In this document: positions 1-9,615 of the stretch, in pieces
How positions within the stretch are numbered: the first letter of the stretch is position 1
Layout of the letters: each line of letters opens with the position of its first letter
Source of the DNA: Nitrosarchaeum sp.
GTDB taxonomy: Archaea; Thermoproteota; Nitrososphaeria; Nitrososphaerales; Nitrosopumilaceae
Length of the DNA stretch: 64,000 bases
Direction of reading: 5' to 3'
Assembly: GCA_035703205.1 (NCBI GenBank)
Contig: DASSYQ010000057.1
Location: forward strand, 25,369 to 89,368
Notes under the pieces: generated by a model
Told to the model about the DNA's origin: nothing
Databases searched by the model: none
The model's input: the letters and a program-made list of their open reading frames with translations, nothing else
Translations under genes and position numbers: made by a program

Positions 1-335
1 ATATCTACAGACTTGTCTTGTACGAGAATCTTGACATCTGTTTTTTCAACTCCTGGCATCTCGGCTACAAGTTTTACCAGTTTTTCTTTTTCATCTACAA
101 TTGTATCTACAATTGGTTCTCTAGTATCAGACGATGGAAGTAATCCTGGTTTTACATTTCCATATTCTTTTACAATGGGTTTTCCATTAGGACCAACACT
201 CATTGTATATCCATAATAAAATGGACCAAAGTTGGAACTATTTCCCTTGAATTCTTCAAAAACGTCGTCTATATCAAAAAAAGAGCTTGACATTCTCTTG
301 AAGATTCTATCAAATTCATCATCAAACATTGTCAT
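1..335 (-). CDS. Small heat-shock protein (Hsp20/alpha-crystallin family); 3' end runs off the window
   Basis: Not in the ORF track because there is no stop in the window. A reverse-strand ATG at 335-333 opens an uninterrupted frame to position 1: MTMFDDEFDRIFKRMSSSFFDIDD...EPIVDTIVDEKEKLVKLVAEMPGVEKTDVKILVQDKSVDI. The AEMPGVxKxDVxI stretch is the typical start of an alpha-crystallin domain. The track ORF 13..216 (+) is its antisense shadow. Confidence 0.8.
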   Translation of the reverse strand, partial: MTMFDDEFDRIFKRMSSSFFDIDDVFEEFKGNSSNFGPFYYGYTMSVGPNGKPIVKEYGNVKPGLLPSSDTREPIVDTIVDEKEKLVKLVAEMPGVEKTDVKILVQDKSVD

Positions 336-440
336 ATTTATCTACGTTATGTAATATACATTACATTATATAAATATTATGGATATTTATATAAAAAATT
401 ACATAATACTATTATAACTGACATTGGATTAATTAATTCG

Positions 441-1109
441 ATGAGAAATACGAGCATGTCTATTCCTGAAATAGTCAGAGAGATTGTTACGAGAAATCGT
501 TCAATTTATGATTGTATGAAAATGGATTTGATTAACTATACAGCTTTGGCTGTAAAGATTCAACCAGAAATTGAAAAGGTTCTGGGTGAATCTGTAAATC
601 TCAATACAATTGTAGTTGCCATAAAACGATATGCCGATTCTTTTGAAAACAAAGACGACATTAAAGAAGAATCTGTTTTGAAAAATGCAAGACTTGCGTT
701 AACTGATGGAATAATGGACATTAAATTTTCAACAAAAGATTCTACAGGAATGGATCCTATATCAATTTTAGATAAATTTTCAAAAATTACCAACAATTAT
801 GAATTTTTTAGGTTATCTGATTCATTTAGATTTCTTACTGAGGATATGGAAAGCATTAGACAAATTTTTGAAAATATGCCAAATAGGGAAAATATGTTCA
901 GTACAGGTCTTGCGAAGATAAGAATTTCAATTCCACCAAATCAGAATCAATCAGATGTAGTATCTTATGTTGCAGAGATTTTACATGATAATGGAATAGA
1001 ACTTGTAAATGCATTTTTCAGTCAAGATAGCATAATTATAATTCTAAATGAGAGAGATGCTCCTAAAGCATATGAAATACTCCATTCTGATATAGCAAGA
1101 ATTGGGTAA
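441..1109 (+). CDS. Conserved hypothetical protein with an ACT-like C-terminal domain
   Basis: 222-aa track ORF. The C-terminal ~70 aa (KIRISIPPNQNQSDVVSYVAEILHDNGIELVNAFFSQDSIIIILNERDAPKAYEIL) looks like an ACT-type ligand-binding fold. The N-terminal half is helical. No family assigned. Confidence 0.4.
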   Translation: MRNTSMSIPEIVREIVTRNRSIYDCMKMDLINYTALAVKIQPEIEKVLGESVNLNTIVVAIKRYADSFENKDDIKEESVLKNARLALTDGIMDIKFSTKDSTGMDPISILDKFSKITNNYEFFRLSDSFRFLTEDMESIRQIFENMPNRENMFSTGLAKIRISIPPNQNQSDVVSYVAEILHDNGIELVNAFFSQDSIIIILNERDAPKAYEILHSDIARIG

Positions 1110-1186
1110 ATTCTAAATTTATTTATAATTTATTGAGAAAATTGATCTCATAGGATATATTCAGTAATTTTATGAGTATGGTGTAA

Positions 1187-2545
1187 TTGGCCCGAAATAA
1201 GAAGAAAATAGTCATTTTAGGAGGAGGATTTGCAGGAGTAGAATGTGCAAGACAATTAGAGTCGTATTTCAAAAATAACTCAGAAATTGAATTGGTTATG
1301 ATAAGCGAAGATAATTTTCTATTATTTACTCCTATGTTACCTCAGGTAGCATCAGGCATGATTGAAACAAGACATATTGTAATGCCTATCAGAGCAATTT
1401 GTAAAAATACAAAATTTTATGAAGGTAGAATAAAGAATGTGGATCCTTTTGGAAAATTAGTAACATTGTGGGGTACAGGAGAAAAAAGGGGTATTTCAAT
1501 TCATTATGATTATTTGGTAGTTGCATTAGGTAGTGAAACCAACTTTTTTGGAATGGCAGATGTTGAAAAAAATGCTTACACAATGAAGACACTCAACGAT
1601 GCAGTAATGCTTAGAAACAGAGTAATAGATATGCTCGAACAAGCAGAGAATGAAACAGATCCAATTCTTCGAAACAGTTTTTTGACATTCGTTGTAGTTG
1701 GTGGAGGATTTGCAGGAATTGAAACTGCAGGCGAATTGATGGATCTTCTACTAGACGCAAGAAAACATTATCCTACAATTGAGAAAGATGATATTCGTGT
1801 AATAGTTTTAGAAGCTCTTCCAATGATTCTTCCTGGATTTAATGAAAAGTTAGCTGAATTTTCAAAAGAAAAAATGATGAAACGAGGTATTGATATCAGA
1901 TTAAGAACAGCTGTTACAAGTTTTGATGGAACAGAAGTCACTGTAAAATCATTAGATGAAAATCCAAAAGACTCTATGGATGAATCAAAGATTGATGTAA
2001 TTAGAACTAAAACGTTGATTTGGACTGCAGGCGTTACGCCTGTTAATACAATTAAAAGATCAATGTTCAAAACCGATAAAGGTAAAGTCATTGTAAATGA
2101 TTTTCTTGAAGTTCCAGAATTTTCGGGGGTTTTTGCAATTGGTGATTGTGCATTGTTTATGGATCCTCAAACAAATAGACCATTTGCACCAACTGCACAA
2201 CTTGCAGAAGCACAAGCTAAAACTGCAGCTCATAATTTGAATGCATTAATTAAGAATTCAGAGAAGGAAAAATTTGAATATCATTCCAAGGGTCAAATGG
2301 CAATTATTGGAAAAAGAACTGGCATTGCTACGTTTCTAGGAATGAATATTTCTGGATTCTTAGCTTGGCTTATTTGGAGAAATGTTTACCTCTCAAAAAT
2401 TGCATTGCCTGATAAAAAAATAAGAGTTTTTTTAGATTGGACAATTGATTTATTATTTGACAGAGATATTTCAAGACTGAAACTCATGAAACGTGAAACA
2501 GAAAAGGAATACAAAGTTCTTGATGAAGTAGATGATGTTTGGTAA
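1187..2545 (+). CDS. ndh: Type II NADH dehydrogenase (NDH-2) / FAD-dependent pyridine nucleotide-disulphide oxidoreductase
   Basis: Two dinucleotide folds (KKIVILGGGFAGVECA and FVVVGGGFAGIETAGE), an AIGDCA motif and a hydrophobic C-terminal region. A TTG start is needed to retain the first GxGxxG. Confidence 0.8.
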   Translation: MARNKKKIVILGGGFAGVECARQLESYFKNNSEIELVMISEDNFLLFTPMLPQVASGMIETRHIVMPIRAICKNTKFYEGRIKNVDPFGKLVTLWGTGEKRGISIHYDYLVVALGSETNFFGMADVEKNAYTMKTLNDAVMLRNRVIDMLEQAENETDPILRNSFLTFVVVGGGFAGIETAGELMDLLLDARKHYPTIEKDDIRVIVLEALPMILPGFNEKLAEFSKEKMMKRGIDIRLRTAVTSFDGTEVTVKSLDENPKDSMDESKIDVIRTKTLIWTAGVTPVNTIKRSMFKTDKGKVIVNDFLEVPEFSGVFAIGDCALFMDPQTNRPFAPTAQLAEAQAKTAAHNLNALIKNSEKEKFEYHSKGQMAIIGKRTGIATFLGMNISGFLAWLIWRNVYLSKIALPDKKIRVFLDWTIDLLFDRDISRLKLMKRETEKEYKVLDEVDDVW

Positions 2546-4072
2546 TTATTTTCGTAGTCTCTGAATTATCATAACTGGTGCAACAAAATACATTCCAATA
2601 TTTAACATGATTAAGGATATTCCATATCCTAATACATTAATTTCTGAATCCATATCAACATAGTTTAGAATGGATAAAGATGAAATCATTGGAGTTAGAG
2701 TTATCTTTACAAATTCTTTGAATGCTGGACTTTCTCTTTCCCAGTCTGCTATGGTTGGACTAAATGAATAGTAGAATTGATTGAATCCGGTCATAAATGA
2801 TGTTCCTGATTCTGTTTGTAGTAGTGAATTATCTCTGAGTTCTCGTAATTGTTGTACTTGTGGTGCTAATTCAGAACCATATGTTGCAGTAGCGATAAGA
2901 CAACCTCCCCCCTTTTCTTCTGTTTCTACTGAAGCTACTGCAGATTTTGTTTCTTTAGTTGATTCAGATGTTATTTTAAAAGAATTAACAGAATCTTCAA
3001 ATCTAGAGATTTGATCATTGAAATTATCTACGCCGTTACTGTATGCAAAGGTATAAAATTTTTCAGGAGTTGAGATGATTACCTCTCTGAATTGTACGTT
3101 GTATGATGCGTTATTACTTTGGAAAAAACCTTTAGCATTAGTAACATATGCTTGCTTTTCATTAATTACTGACTTTTCTTGGGAAATGATTTCTAAATTA
3201 CCTGACTCTAACGCCTTTTTTAAGAATTCATCTTTTTCTTGAATCAAATCATCCAAAGTTTTCCCTTTGGCATTAAAAATGGTTAGAGAGATTACTGGAT
3301 TAATTGGTCCAACTTTAGGTCCTACAGCAACTATATCAGGAGAATTTTCATCAGTTTTTTCTGGTTGTTGTAATAACCAGCCTTCAGGTGCATTAAATAC
3401 AATATCAAGTGCTTTATTTTCATAAAGTTGACTACCAGAAGTTTGAATTGGCGTGGTAATTCTCTCAGGATCTGATAGTTCAAGTAAATCAGATATTTCA
3501 GAACGATTCACAACTTCGGCTCTTGTGATTTTTACTTGTTCAGTGTTTATTGGAATGTCTTTGTCTTCTGTTTCCACTGATGCAATCTTGTCAAGTGTTT
3601 CAAAACTTTCTTGTGTTACAATTCTACCAAAAACAGTATACTGTTCATCAAGAAAGTTTGAATCTTTATGAACTATAAAAAATTGAGAACCTGCACTATT
3701 TGGATCAGCCGATCTTGCCATAGAAACAATTCCACGGTTATGTTTTATTGTATTAAATTCAGCATTTACAGGATAACCTGGTCCACCAATACCCCAAGTA
3801 TTTTTATCTTCATCTCTTGTATTTGGATCTCCTCCCTGAATCATAAATCCGGGAATTATTCTGTGAAATATGGTATCATCATAGAATCCGCTTTCAGATA
3901 ATTTAATAAAATTGGAAACATGGTTTGGAGCATCATTGGGGAAAAATTCTATTGTAATTTTTCCAAGATTAGTATGTAAAATTACTAATTTATCATCAGA
4001 TTGCGCAAATGATTGATTTCCTAAATTAATTAAAAGTAATGATAAAGATATTATGATGAGAATTTTTTTCAA
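2546..4072 (-). CDS. Secreted, membrane-anchored cyclophilin-type peptidyl-prolyl isomerase with extra domains
   Basis: N-terminal signal peptide (MKKILIIISLSLLLINLGNQSFA). Cyclophilin core motifs are FHRIIPGFMIQGGDP, GIVSMAR and GSQFFIV. It continues with a ~180-aa alpha/beta middle domain and a Ser/Thr/Glu linker. The C-terminal module is GGGCLIATATYGSELAPQVQQLRELRD followed by hydrophobic helices. Confidence 0.8.
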   Translation of the reverse strand: MKKILIIISLSLLLINLGNQSFAQSDDKLVILHTNLGKITIEFFPNDAPNHVSNFIKLSESGFYDDTIFHRIIPGFMIQGGDPNTRDEDKNTWGIGGPGYPVNAEFNTIKHNRGIVSMARSADPNSAGSQFFIVHKDSNFLDEQYTVFGRIVTQESFETLDKIASVETEDKDIPINTEQVKITRAEVVNRSEISDLLELSDPERITTPIQTSGSQLYENKALDIVFNAPEGWLLQQPEKTDENSPDIVAVGPKVGPINPVISLTIFNAKGKTLDDLIQEKDEFLKKALESGNLEIISQEKSVINEKQAYVTNAKGFFQSNNASYNVQFREVIISTPEKFYTFAYSNGVDNFNDQISRFEDSVNSFKITSESTKETKSAVASVETEEKGGGCLIATATYGSELAPQVQQLRELRDNSLLQTESGTSFMTGFNQFYYSFSPTIADWERESPAFKEFVKITLTPMISSLSILNYVDMDSEINVLGYGISLIMLNIGMYFVAPVMIIQRLRK

Positions 4073-4144
4073 TAAATTTTCTCATAATATCCTCCTTAAA
4101 AGGTAATTGTATTAGTTTTTAACAAGTTAAAATAATAATTTGTT

Positions 4145-4636
4145 ATGGAACATGGTGAAAAAATTCAAGCTCATCTAGTTTCAGTGTGGAGAGAACCAAA
4201 AAAATTCTTTTCAATTGGTGGAAGAGAGGGAATGTTAGTTTTAACTGATAAACATTTAATGTTTATTCATAAGACGGAAGCTAAAATGAAGTGGTGGCAA
4301 GCTATTAGACAAAGACAAGTTATTAATTTCTTAAAATCAAAAAATACCATGATTCGTCATGACGGTTATGAAGAGAGTAATCTAATGGAAGATATAGAAA
4401 ATGAAAAAAATGTAGAGTTATCATTTGATGATATTTTGAGTATTGCGTATGAGGAAAAGGAGTGGGGTAGTATCTTAATTTTAGAATATGAAAAAGAGGG
4501 CAAACGACAAAAATATCAGTATTCAATTGCTCAAGATTGGGTAAAGTATCCAGTAAAAGAGCCTACAAAGTATATGAAGGTAGATTGGGCGCCTTTTGTG
4601 CAATATATTAAAGACAGGCAAAAATTTACAAAGTAA
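4145..4636 (+). CDS. Hypothetical protein, possibly PH-like (bacterial pleckstrin-homology-type) fold
   Basis: 163-aa track ORF. The pattern GREGMLVLTDKHLMFIHK resembles bPH/GRAM-like domains. Its stop lies 2 nt before the next gene's TTG start. Confidence 0.35.
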   Translation: MEHGEKIQAHLVSVWREPKKFFSIGGREGMLVLTDKHLMFIHKTEAKMKWWQAIRQRQVINFLKSKNTMIRHDGYEESNLMEDIENEKNVELSFDDILSIAYEEKEWGSILILEYEKEGKRQKYQYSIAQDWVKYPVKEPTKYMKVDWAPFVQYIKDRQKFTK

Positions 4637-4638
4637 AA

Positions 4639-5355
4639 TTGGGAAAAATTTACGCTGTGGGTGTAGGGCCAGGTTCGCCAAAATATGTTACTGAAATTGT
4701 AAGACAAGTAATACTGAATTGTGACATAATAATTGGTTACAAATACACATTAAAAACAATTGAAGATTTGATTGTAGGTAAAGAAATTTATGAAATTACT
4801 ATGAACAATCAAGAAGAATCATATCAAAAAATTCTTCCAGAACTAGGTAATCGTTCTTTGGTTATCCCATTTACTGGTGATGTAAATTTTTCAGAATCAG
4901 AAGTCGTAGATAGATTAATTGAGATTTTTGGGGAAGTAGAAATAATTCCAGGAATAAGCTCAATCCAAGTTGCTGCATCAAAAGCAAGAGTCCCACTTGA
5001 TAAATCCAAAATAATTACAATGCATGTAACAACCTCAATTGAAGAAAAGAAATTAGAATTACAAAAAGCATTGATTGATGGATATAGTGTAATTCTAGTT
5101 CCAAGACCATGGCCTAAACAACCTGATAAGCATTTTATGCCATCAGAAATTGCATTATATCTAAAAAATAATGGTTTTGATACTAGTGGTATGAAAGTTC
5201 ATGTTTTTGAAGCATTAACTACTGAAAATGAAACCAGTTTTATTGGAACTGTAAAAGATTTGGAAGGAAAAGAATTTTCTGATTTATCTGTAATGGTTTT
5301 TAATCAATCTACTTTGGATTCATATATGAATTACAAGTGGCAGTGGAAGCTCTAG
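4639..5355 (+). CDS. Tetrapyrrole (corrin) methyltransferase family protein, CbiE-like
   Basis: N-terminal KIYAVGVGPGSPKYVT...CDIIIGYKYTL is the SAM-dependent corrin/porphyrin methylase signature. TTG start. The exact step in the pathway cannot be assigned by eye. Confidence 0.6.
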   Translation: MGKIYAVGVGPGSPKYVTEIVRQVILNCDIIIGYKYTLKTIEDLIVGKEIYEITMNNQEESYQKILPELGNRSLVIPFTGDVNFSESEVVDRLIEIFGEVEIIPGISSIQVAASKARVPLDKSKIITMHVTTSIEEKKLELQKALIDGYSVILVPRPWPKQPDKHFMPSEIALYLKNNGFDTSGMKVHVFEALTTENETSFIGTVKDLEGKEFSDLSVMVFNQSTLDSYMNYKWQWKL

Positions 5356-6281
5356 TTGCCCAAGTTTTTTCCTTGACCAAGGATTACATTACCCTCAACA
5401 TTTGGAAATACATAAGCCACAATTTCCATCCATTGGTAATCAGGATCATATAATCTGTAAAATCCAGCTTCATCTAATGCAATTTTAATTGATTGACCTG
5501 GTAATATTTCACCAGTTGAAATTCTACCATCAGCTGCATATTGAATATAACGATCATTTAGTTTTTGTCCGCTAAGAATACTATGTGATACTATGTCATC
5601 ATTTACAATAGTGATTGTAGTTCCTGGTTCAACTGAAATTCTGTCTTGTGAAAAATATCTGAATCTTAATGAATCAGTTGAACTTTGAATTTTTGTTGCT
5701 TCTTGCCTTGTTTCTCCAAGAGAAATGTATGTACCTACACCCTGAGTTGATGAGCCTTTAAGAATATGGATAGTAAGCTTTTCATCTATTTTAGATTCTG
5801 TTGGTGTAATCTTAATTTTTGATAGTTCAGATAGTTTTGCTGTATAGATTATTTTGTAATCATTGTCATCAGTTGTTATTCTTCCTGTAAATCCATAGAC
5901 TGAAGCACTCTTACTTTCCTCAACTAATCTTCCAAAAAATCTAATTGATGCTGTATCACCAGTATCACTTTCAATAATTCCATTAATTCTAATGTATTTG
6001 CCTTCTCGTAATACTGTTGCTTCTAACTCAGTGGCTAAAAAATCATCAATATCCAAAGTAATGAATCCATCCTCAATTGTAGATGTGACACTACTTCCAG
6101 TTTGTTTTTGTGTGGATAATGCTAAATCAATTTCAGAAATTTTTATCAAATCTTCTGTTACTGCATATCCAGATCCTTCCAGAGTAAAAGCACTGTTTGG
6201 AGAAATTACTGCAAAAGAATCACTAAAGGCGAATCCTGAAAAAACAAGTAATAGTAGTGATACTGTAAAAGTGATATTCAT
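5352..6281 (-). CDS. Secreted protein with a C-terminal cupredoxin-like domain that lacks the Cys ligand
   Basis: Signal peptide MNITFTVSLLLLVFSGFAFS. The C-terminus (TTITIVNDDIVSHSILSG...GEILPGQSIKIALDEAGFYRLYDPDYQWMEIVAYVF) follows a plastocyanin-like strand pattern without a C-x-n-H-x-n-M site. Confidence 0.45.
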   Translation of the reverse strand: MNITFTVSLLLLVFSGFAFSDSFAVISPNSAFTLEGSGYAVTEDLIKISEIDLALSTQKQTGSSVTSTIEDGFITLDIDDFLATELEATVLREGKYIRINGIIESDTGDTASIRFFGRLVEESKSASVYGFTGRITTDDNDYKIIYTAKLSELSKIKITPTESKIDEKLTIHILKGSSTQGVGTYISLGETRQEATKIQSSTDSLRFRYFSQDRISVEPGTTITIVNDDIVSHSILSGQKLNDRYIQYAADGRISTGEILPGQSIKIALDEAGFYRLYDPDYQWMEIVAYVFPNVEGNVILGQGKNLGN

Positions 6282-6366
6282 ACTAGATTTTTCATATTAT
6301 TTGGTTTATAATTTACTACTAAATTATTTTAGACTGATTAGGCAAATCCTTGGGTTTTTCATGTAA

Positions 6367-6924
6367 TTAGAAACCAGGTAGACCAATACCCTCTTCTTGA
6401 ACTAGTTTTATCATATAATCTTCCAAGTATCCTCCTGCTAAAAGGAGGCCAACTACTATTCCAATTTCCATAATTGTAGGTTTGAGGAATGGGACTAGAT
6501 TGGTTTTTTTAGATATTCCTCTGATCAATATGAAACTTCTAGATGTTGCTATTGAGTATGCAGTAAGTTCCATGATTCCAAAAGGTGAAAGAAAGAGAAT
6601 TGCAAGTGGTGGGACTTTTGCTAATTCTGGTGTAATTGAGACGATTGCTGAAAAAGCAAAGCCAGTAGACCAAGCTGAGAACAATCCCCATACGATTCCA
6701 AATCCTGGAATAAACATTGGTAATGATATAGATGAATTATGAAGAAAAATTCCTACCGCATCAATATCTGCAACTAATTTTTCAAATTCTGACATGAATG
6801 TATTTGCCTCTTCTTCACTAACTTGGGACATTGATCCAATTTGATAAGTTGCTGAGAACAATCCCATAAATACAAAAAATGTAATAATTCTAATCCTAGA
6901 CATGTTATCTTTTACTTGAAACAA
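6367..6924 (-). CDS. SpoIIM-like (DUF95-type) integral membrane protein
   Basis: Several TM helices. GIFLHNSSISLPMFIPGFGIVWGLFSAWSTGFAF resembles the IFxNN...G...G...NG core of stage II sporulation protein M homologues. Confidence 0.5.
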   Translation of the reverse strand: MFQVKDNMSRIRIITFFVFMGLFSATYQIGSMSQVSEEEANTFMSEFEKLVADIDAVGIFLHNSSISLPMFIPGFGIVWGLFSAWSTGFAFSAIVSITPELAKVPPLAILFLSPFGIMELTAYSIATSRSFILIRGISKKTNLVPFLKPTIMEIGIVVGLLLAGGYLEDYMIKLVQEEGIGLPGF

Positions 6925-6975
6925 TATTTGAGGGTTGGGTATAGGCGCAGATTTAATTAAACCAAAAAGTATTCT

Positions 6976-8430
6976 TTGATGATGAAAAAGGAGTTAACTT
7001 TTGCTTTGAATTATGCATTGAATAAAGGATTTCAAATTCATCCTAATGCATTCAAATTTTTGGAGAATATGGACGCAAAAAAACTAGAAAAAATAATTAA
7101 AGAAATCGTTCGTGAGAAAACAAAACAAAAGTTATTTCAAATTAATCAAGATGATTTAGAAGTTTATTTGGGAATTAAAGAAGATCAAACTTTACAAAAT
7201 GATCATAAAATAGTATTTGATCCAACTTCAAAAATTACTACAGGTGAGGGGGTAAAGGGGTATAATGCTCTTTTTTCAAGTCGTTTTAACAAACTGAAAC
7301 GAATAATCTCTGATAGACCAGAGTCAAGAATGTTAAAGTCGATTGCTTCTATAAAGACTGTAAAATCTGATGATGACATGTATGTTTGCGGTCTTGTGAC
7401 TACGAGAAATACGGAGAGAAATATAATAAAATTAGTAATAGAAGATCCTTCAGGCTCAATTGAGGGAATTGTTTTTGATACTGAACTACAAAAAACAGCG
7501 GGTTCATTGCTTAGTGATCAATTTATCATGGCACGAATAGGTTTTGGAAAAAATACAGGTTTTATCATAAAAGATTTGATTTTGCCTGATATTCCTGATC
7601 AAGCCTCAAATAGGTCTGAAACTGAAACGTATGCAGTTTTTCTTTCAGATCTGCATATTGGTAGTAAATACTTCATGGAAGAGGAATTTACAGAATTTGT
7701 GTCGTGGTTATCTAGTCCAGATCCAATCGCAAGAAAAATTCGTTTTGTGTTAATTTGTGGTGACTTAGTAGATGGTGTTGGGATTTACCCTAATCAGGAC
7801 AAGGAATTAGTTTGCCAAACCATTGAAGAGCAATTAAAAAAGGTTGAAGAACTTCTCAGTAAAATTCCTAATTATATCAAAATTTTCATTATGCCAGGAA
7901 ATCATGATCCTGGTCGTAGGGCATTGCCACAACCAGCAATTCCCAAGAAATACAATCTTGGTTTATGGGAAAAAGAGAATGTGTTTATGGTTGGAAACCC
8001 GTCTATCATATCTTTGAATGGGGTAAAAGTGATGATGTTCCATGGTCAAAGTATTGACGATATTGTAAAAACTACACCAGGCTTAAGTTATGATAAGCCT
8101 ACAAATGTAATGAGACATCTTCTTAGAGCAAGGCATCTCAGTCCAATTTATGGTAGTCAAACTCCCATCGCACCTGAGATTGAAGATTTGATGGTAATTG
8201 ATGAAATTCCGGATATTTTCCATGTTGGCCATGTACATAGAGCAGAATTAGATATGTACAAAGGGATTCTTTTATTAAATTCAGGTTCTTGGCAAAAACA
8301 GACCCCATTTCAAGCCAGTGTTGGAATGACTCCAAATCCTGGAATTGCACTTATGGTAAATTTGAAGACATTCAAAGTTTATCATGAAAATTATAATTCT
8401 AATAAATTAAACAATATCTTGCAAAGTTAG
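6976..8430 (+). CDS. polB: DNA polymerase II (PolD) small subunit DP1
   Basis: Calcineurin-like phosphoesterase motifs (FLSDLHIGS, ICGDLVDG, MPGNHDP, HVGHVH) follow an OB-fold region, at the typical DP1 length. The start may be the TTG at 6976 or the ATG at 6979. Confidence 0.9.
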   Translation: MMMKKELTFALNYALNKGFQIHPNAFKFLENMDAKKLEKIIKEIVREKTKQKLFQINQDDLEVYLGIKEDQTLQNDHKIVFDPTSKITTGEGVKGYNALFSSRFNKLKRIISDRPESRMLKSIASIKTVKSDDDMYVCGLVTTRNTERNIIKLVIEDPSGSIEGIVFDTELQKTAGSLLSDQFIMARIGFGKNTGFIIKDLILPDIPDQASNRSETETYAVFLSDLHIGSKYFMEEEFTEFVSWLSSPDPIARKIRFVLICGDLVDGVGIYPNQDKELVCQTIEEQLKKVEELLSKIPNYIKIFIMPGNHDPGRRALPQPAIPKKYNLGLWEKENVFMVGNPSIISLNGVKVMMFHGQSIDDIVKTTPGLSYDKPTNVMRHLLRARHLSPIYGSQTPIAPEIEDLMVIDEIPDIFHVGHVHRAELDMYKGILLLNSGSWQKQTPFQASVGMTPNPGIALMVNLKTFKVYHENYNSNKLNNILQS

Positions 8431-9615
8431 ATCATCTTTGAAGGTCTTCTTTATCATTTCGGGCGAAACTGTAAGTTTGTACTTTTTTGTTCTCCCATGT
8501 ATTCCTTGATGAATTAATCTACCAGTAATGATTCCAGATAATTCGATTTCACTAAGCATTTGAGTAATTCGCCTTTGTGTTAATTCATCTCGTCCTACTA
8601 CCTTACACAATCCTTTGTAAGATGAATAAATTTCTCCTGTAGATGAACCCCCTGCCTTCATTATTGCAAGAATAACAAGTTTTTCGTGGAGTGGATATGA
8701 TTTCAGAGATGTTTCTTCCTTATTTTCTTCAATTTTTTGAGATGCTTCTCGTACATGATTTTCTGTGACCTTATCTGATTGTTGTCTTTCGGCAATTTCT
8801 CCTGCAACACGAATCAAGTCAATTGCTCTTCTTGCATCCCCATGTTCAGCTGCAGCCAAGGCAGCACATAGATTCAGGGCTGATTCTTCTACTGAGTTAG
8901 GGATAAATGCATCCTTAATTCGCTCTTCCAATATTTTATGAATTTGATCTCTATCATAATTTGTAAAAATTATTTCTTCTTCACCTAGACTACTAATTAC
9001 TCTAGGATCAAGTTTTTCTTTAAACGTGAGATCATTTGAAATCCCAACTAAAGTCAGTGAACCTTGTTTTAGACGTTCATTTGCTCTAGTTAGTTGATAT
9101 AGGATATCTTTCCCTGTTTTTGATACCAATTGTGCAAGATAATCAATCTCATCAATTACAAAAATTGCATTGATTTTGGATTCATCTATAGTAGTTAGTA
9201 TGCGTTTGAAGACTTCACTGGTTGCTAGACCTGTACCTGGTAGTTCTTTATCAGTCAAGCCTAATTGTCGTCCAAAACTTACCAATAACCCATAGAGGGT
9301 GGTTTCTTCTTTTGAGTTTGAATAAATTAGTTTAATTGGGAAATTTGATTTTTCTACTCTTTCTTGAATTTTATTAATTACTTTTTTAACCACCAGTGTT
9401 TTTCCAGTTCCAGGTTTACCATATACAAGTAAATTTGATGGTCTTGAATGTTTAAGGATAGGTAATAGTGATTGTGTTACTTGTTCTTGTTCAGAGTTTC
9501 TATGTTGTATGGTATCTGGAATGTATGTAAAATGTAGGATATCTCTATTTTTAATTATTGATTTTCCAGATTCAGCTGCATCAAGTAACCTATCTATCGG
9601 ATCAGACATACTCAC
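8407..9615 (-). CDS. cdc6: Orc1/Cdc6 replication initiator
   Basis: AAA+ Walker A (YGKPGTGKT), Walker B (IFVIDEID), sensor regions and a C-terminal winged helix. It overlaps the 3' end of polB by 24 nt, in convergent orientation. Confidence 0.92.
   Translation of the reverse strand: MSMSDPIDRLLDAAESGKSIIKNRDILHFTYIPDTIQHRNSEQEQVTQSLLPILKHSRPSNLLVYGKPGTGKTLVVKKVINKIQERVEKSNFPIKLIYSNSKEETTLYGLLVSFGRQLGLTDKELPGTGLATSEVFKRILTTIDESKINAIFVIDEIDYLAQLVSKTGKDILYQLTRANERLKQGSLTLVGISNDLTFKEKLDPRVISSLGEEEIIFTNYDRDQIHKILEERIKDAFIPNSVEESALNLCAALAAAEHGDARRAIDLIRVAGEIAERQQSDKVTENHVREASQKIEENKEETSLKSYPLHEKLVILAIMKAGGSSTGEIYSSYKGLCKVVGRDELTQRRITQMLSEIELSGIITGRLIHQGIHGRTKKYKLTVSPEMIKKTFKDDLTLQDIV

Noticed and set aside
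13-216. Track ORF of 67 aa on the plus strand at the left edge.
   Set aside because: It is Ser/Thr/Phe-rich low-complexity sequence lying fully antisense to a convincing Hsp20 reading frame (1..335, minus).
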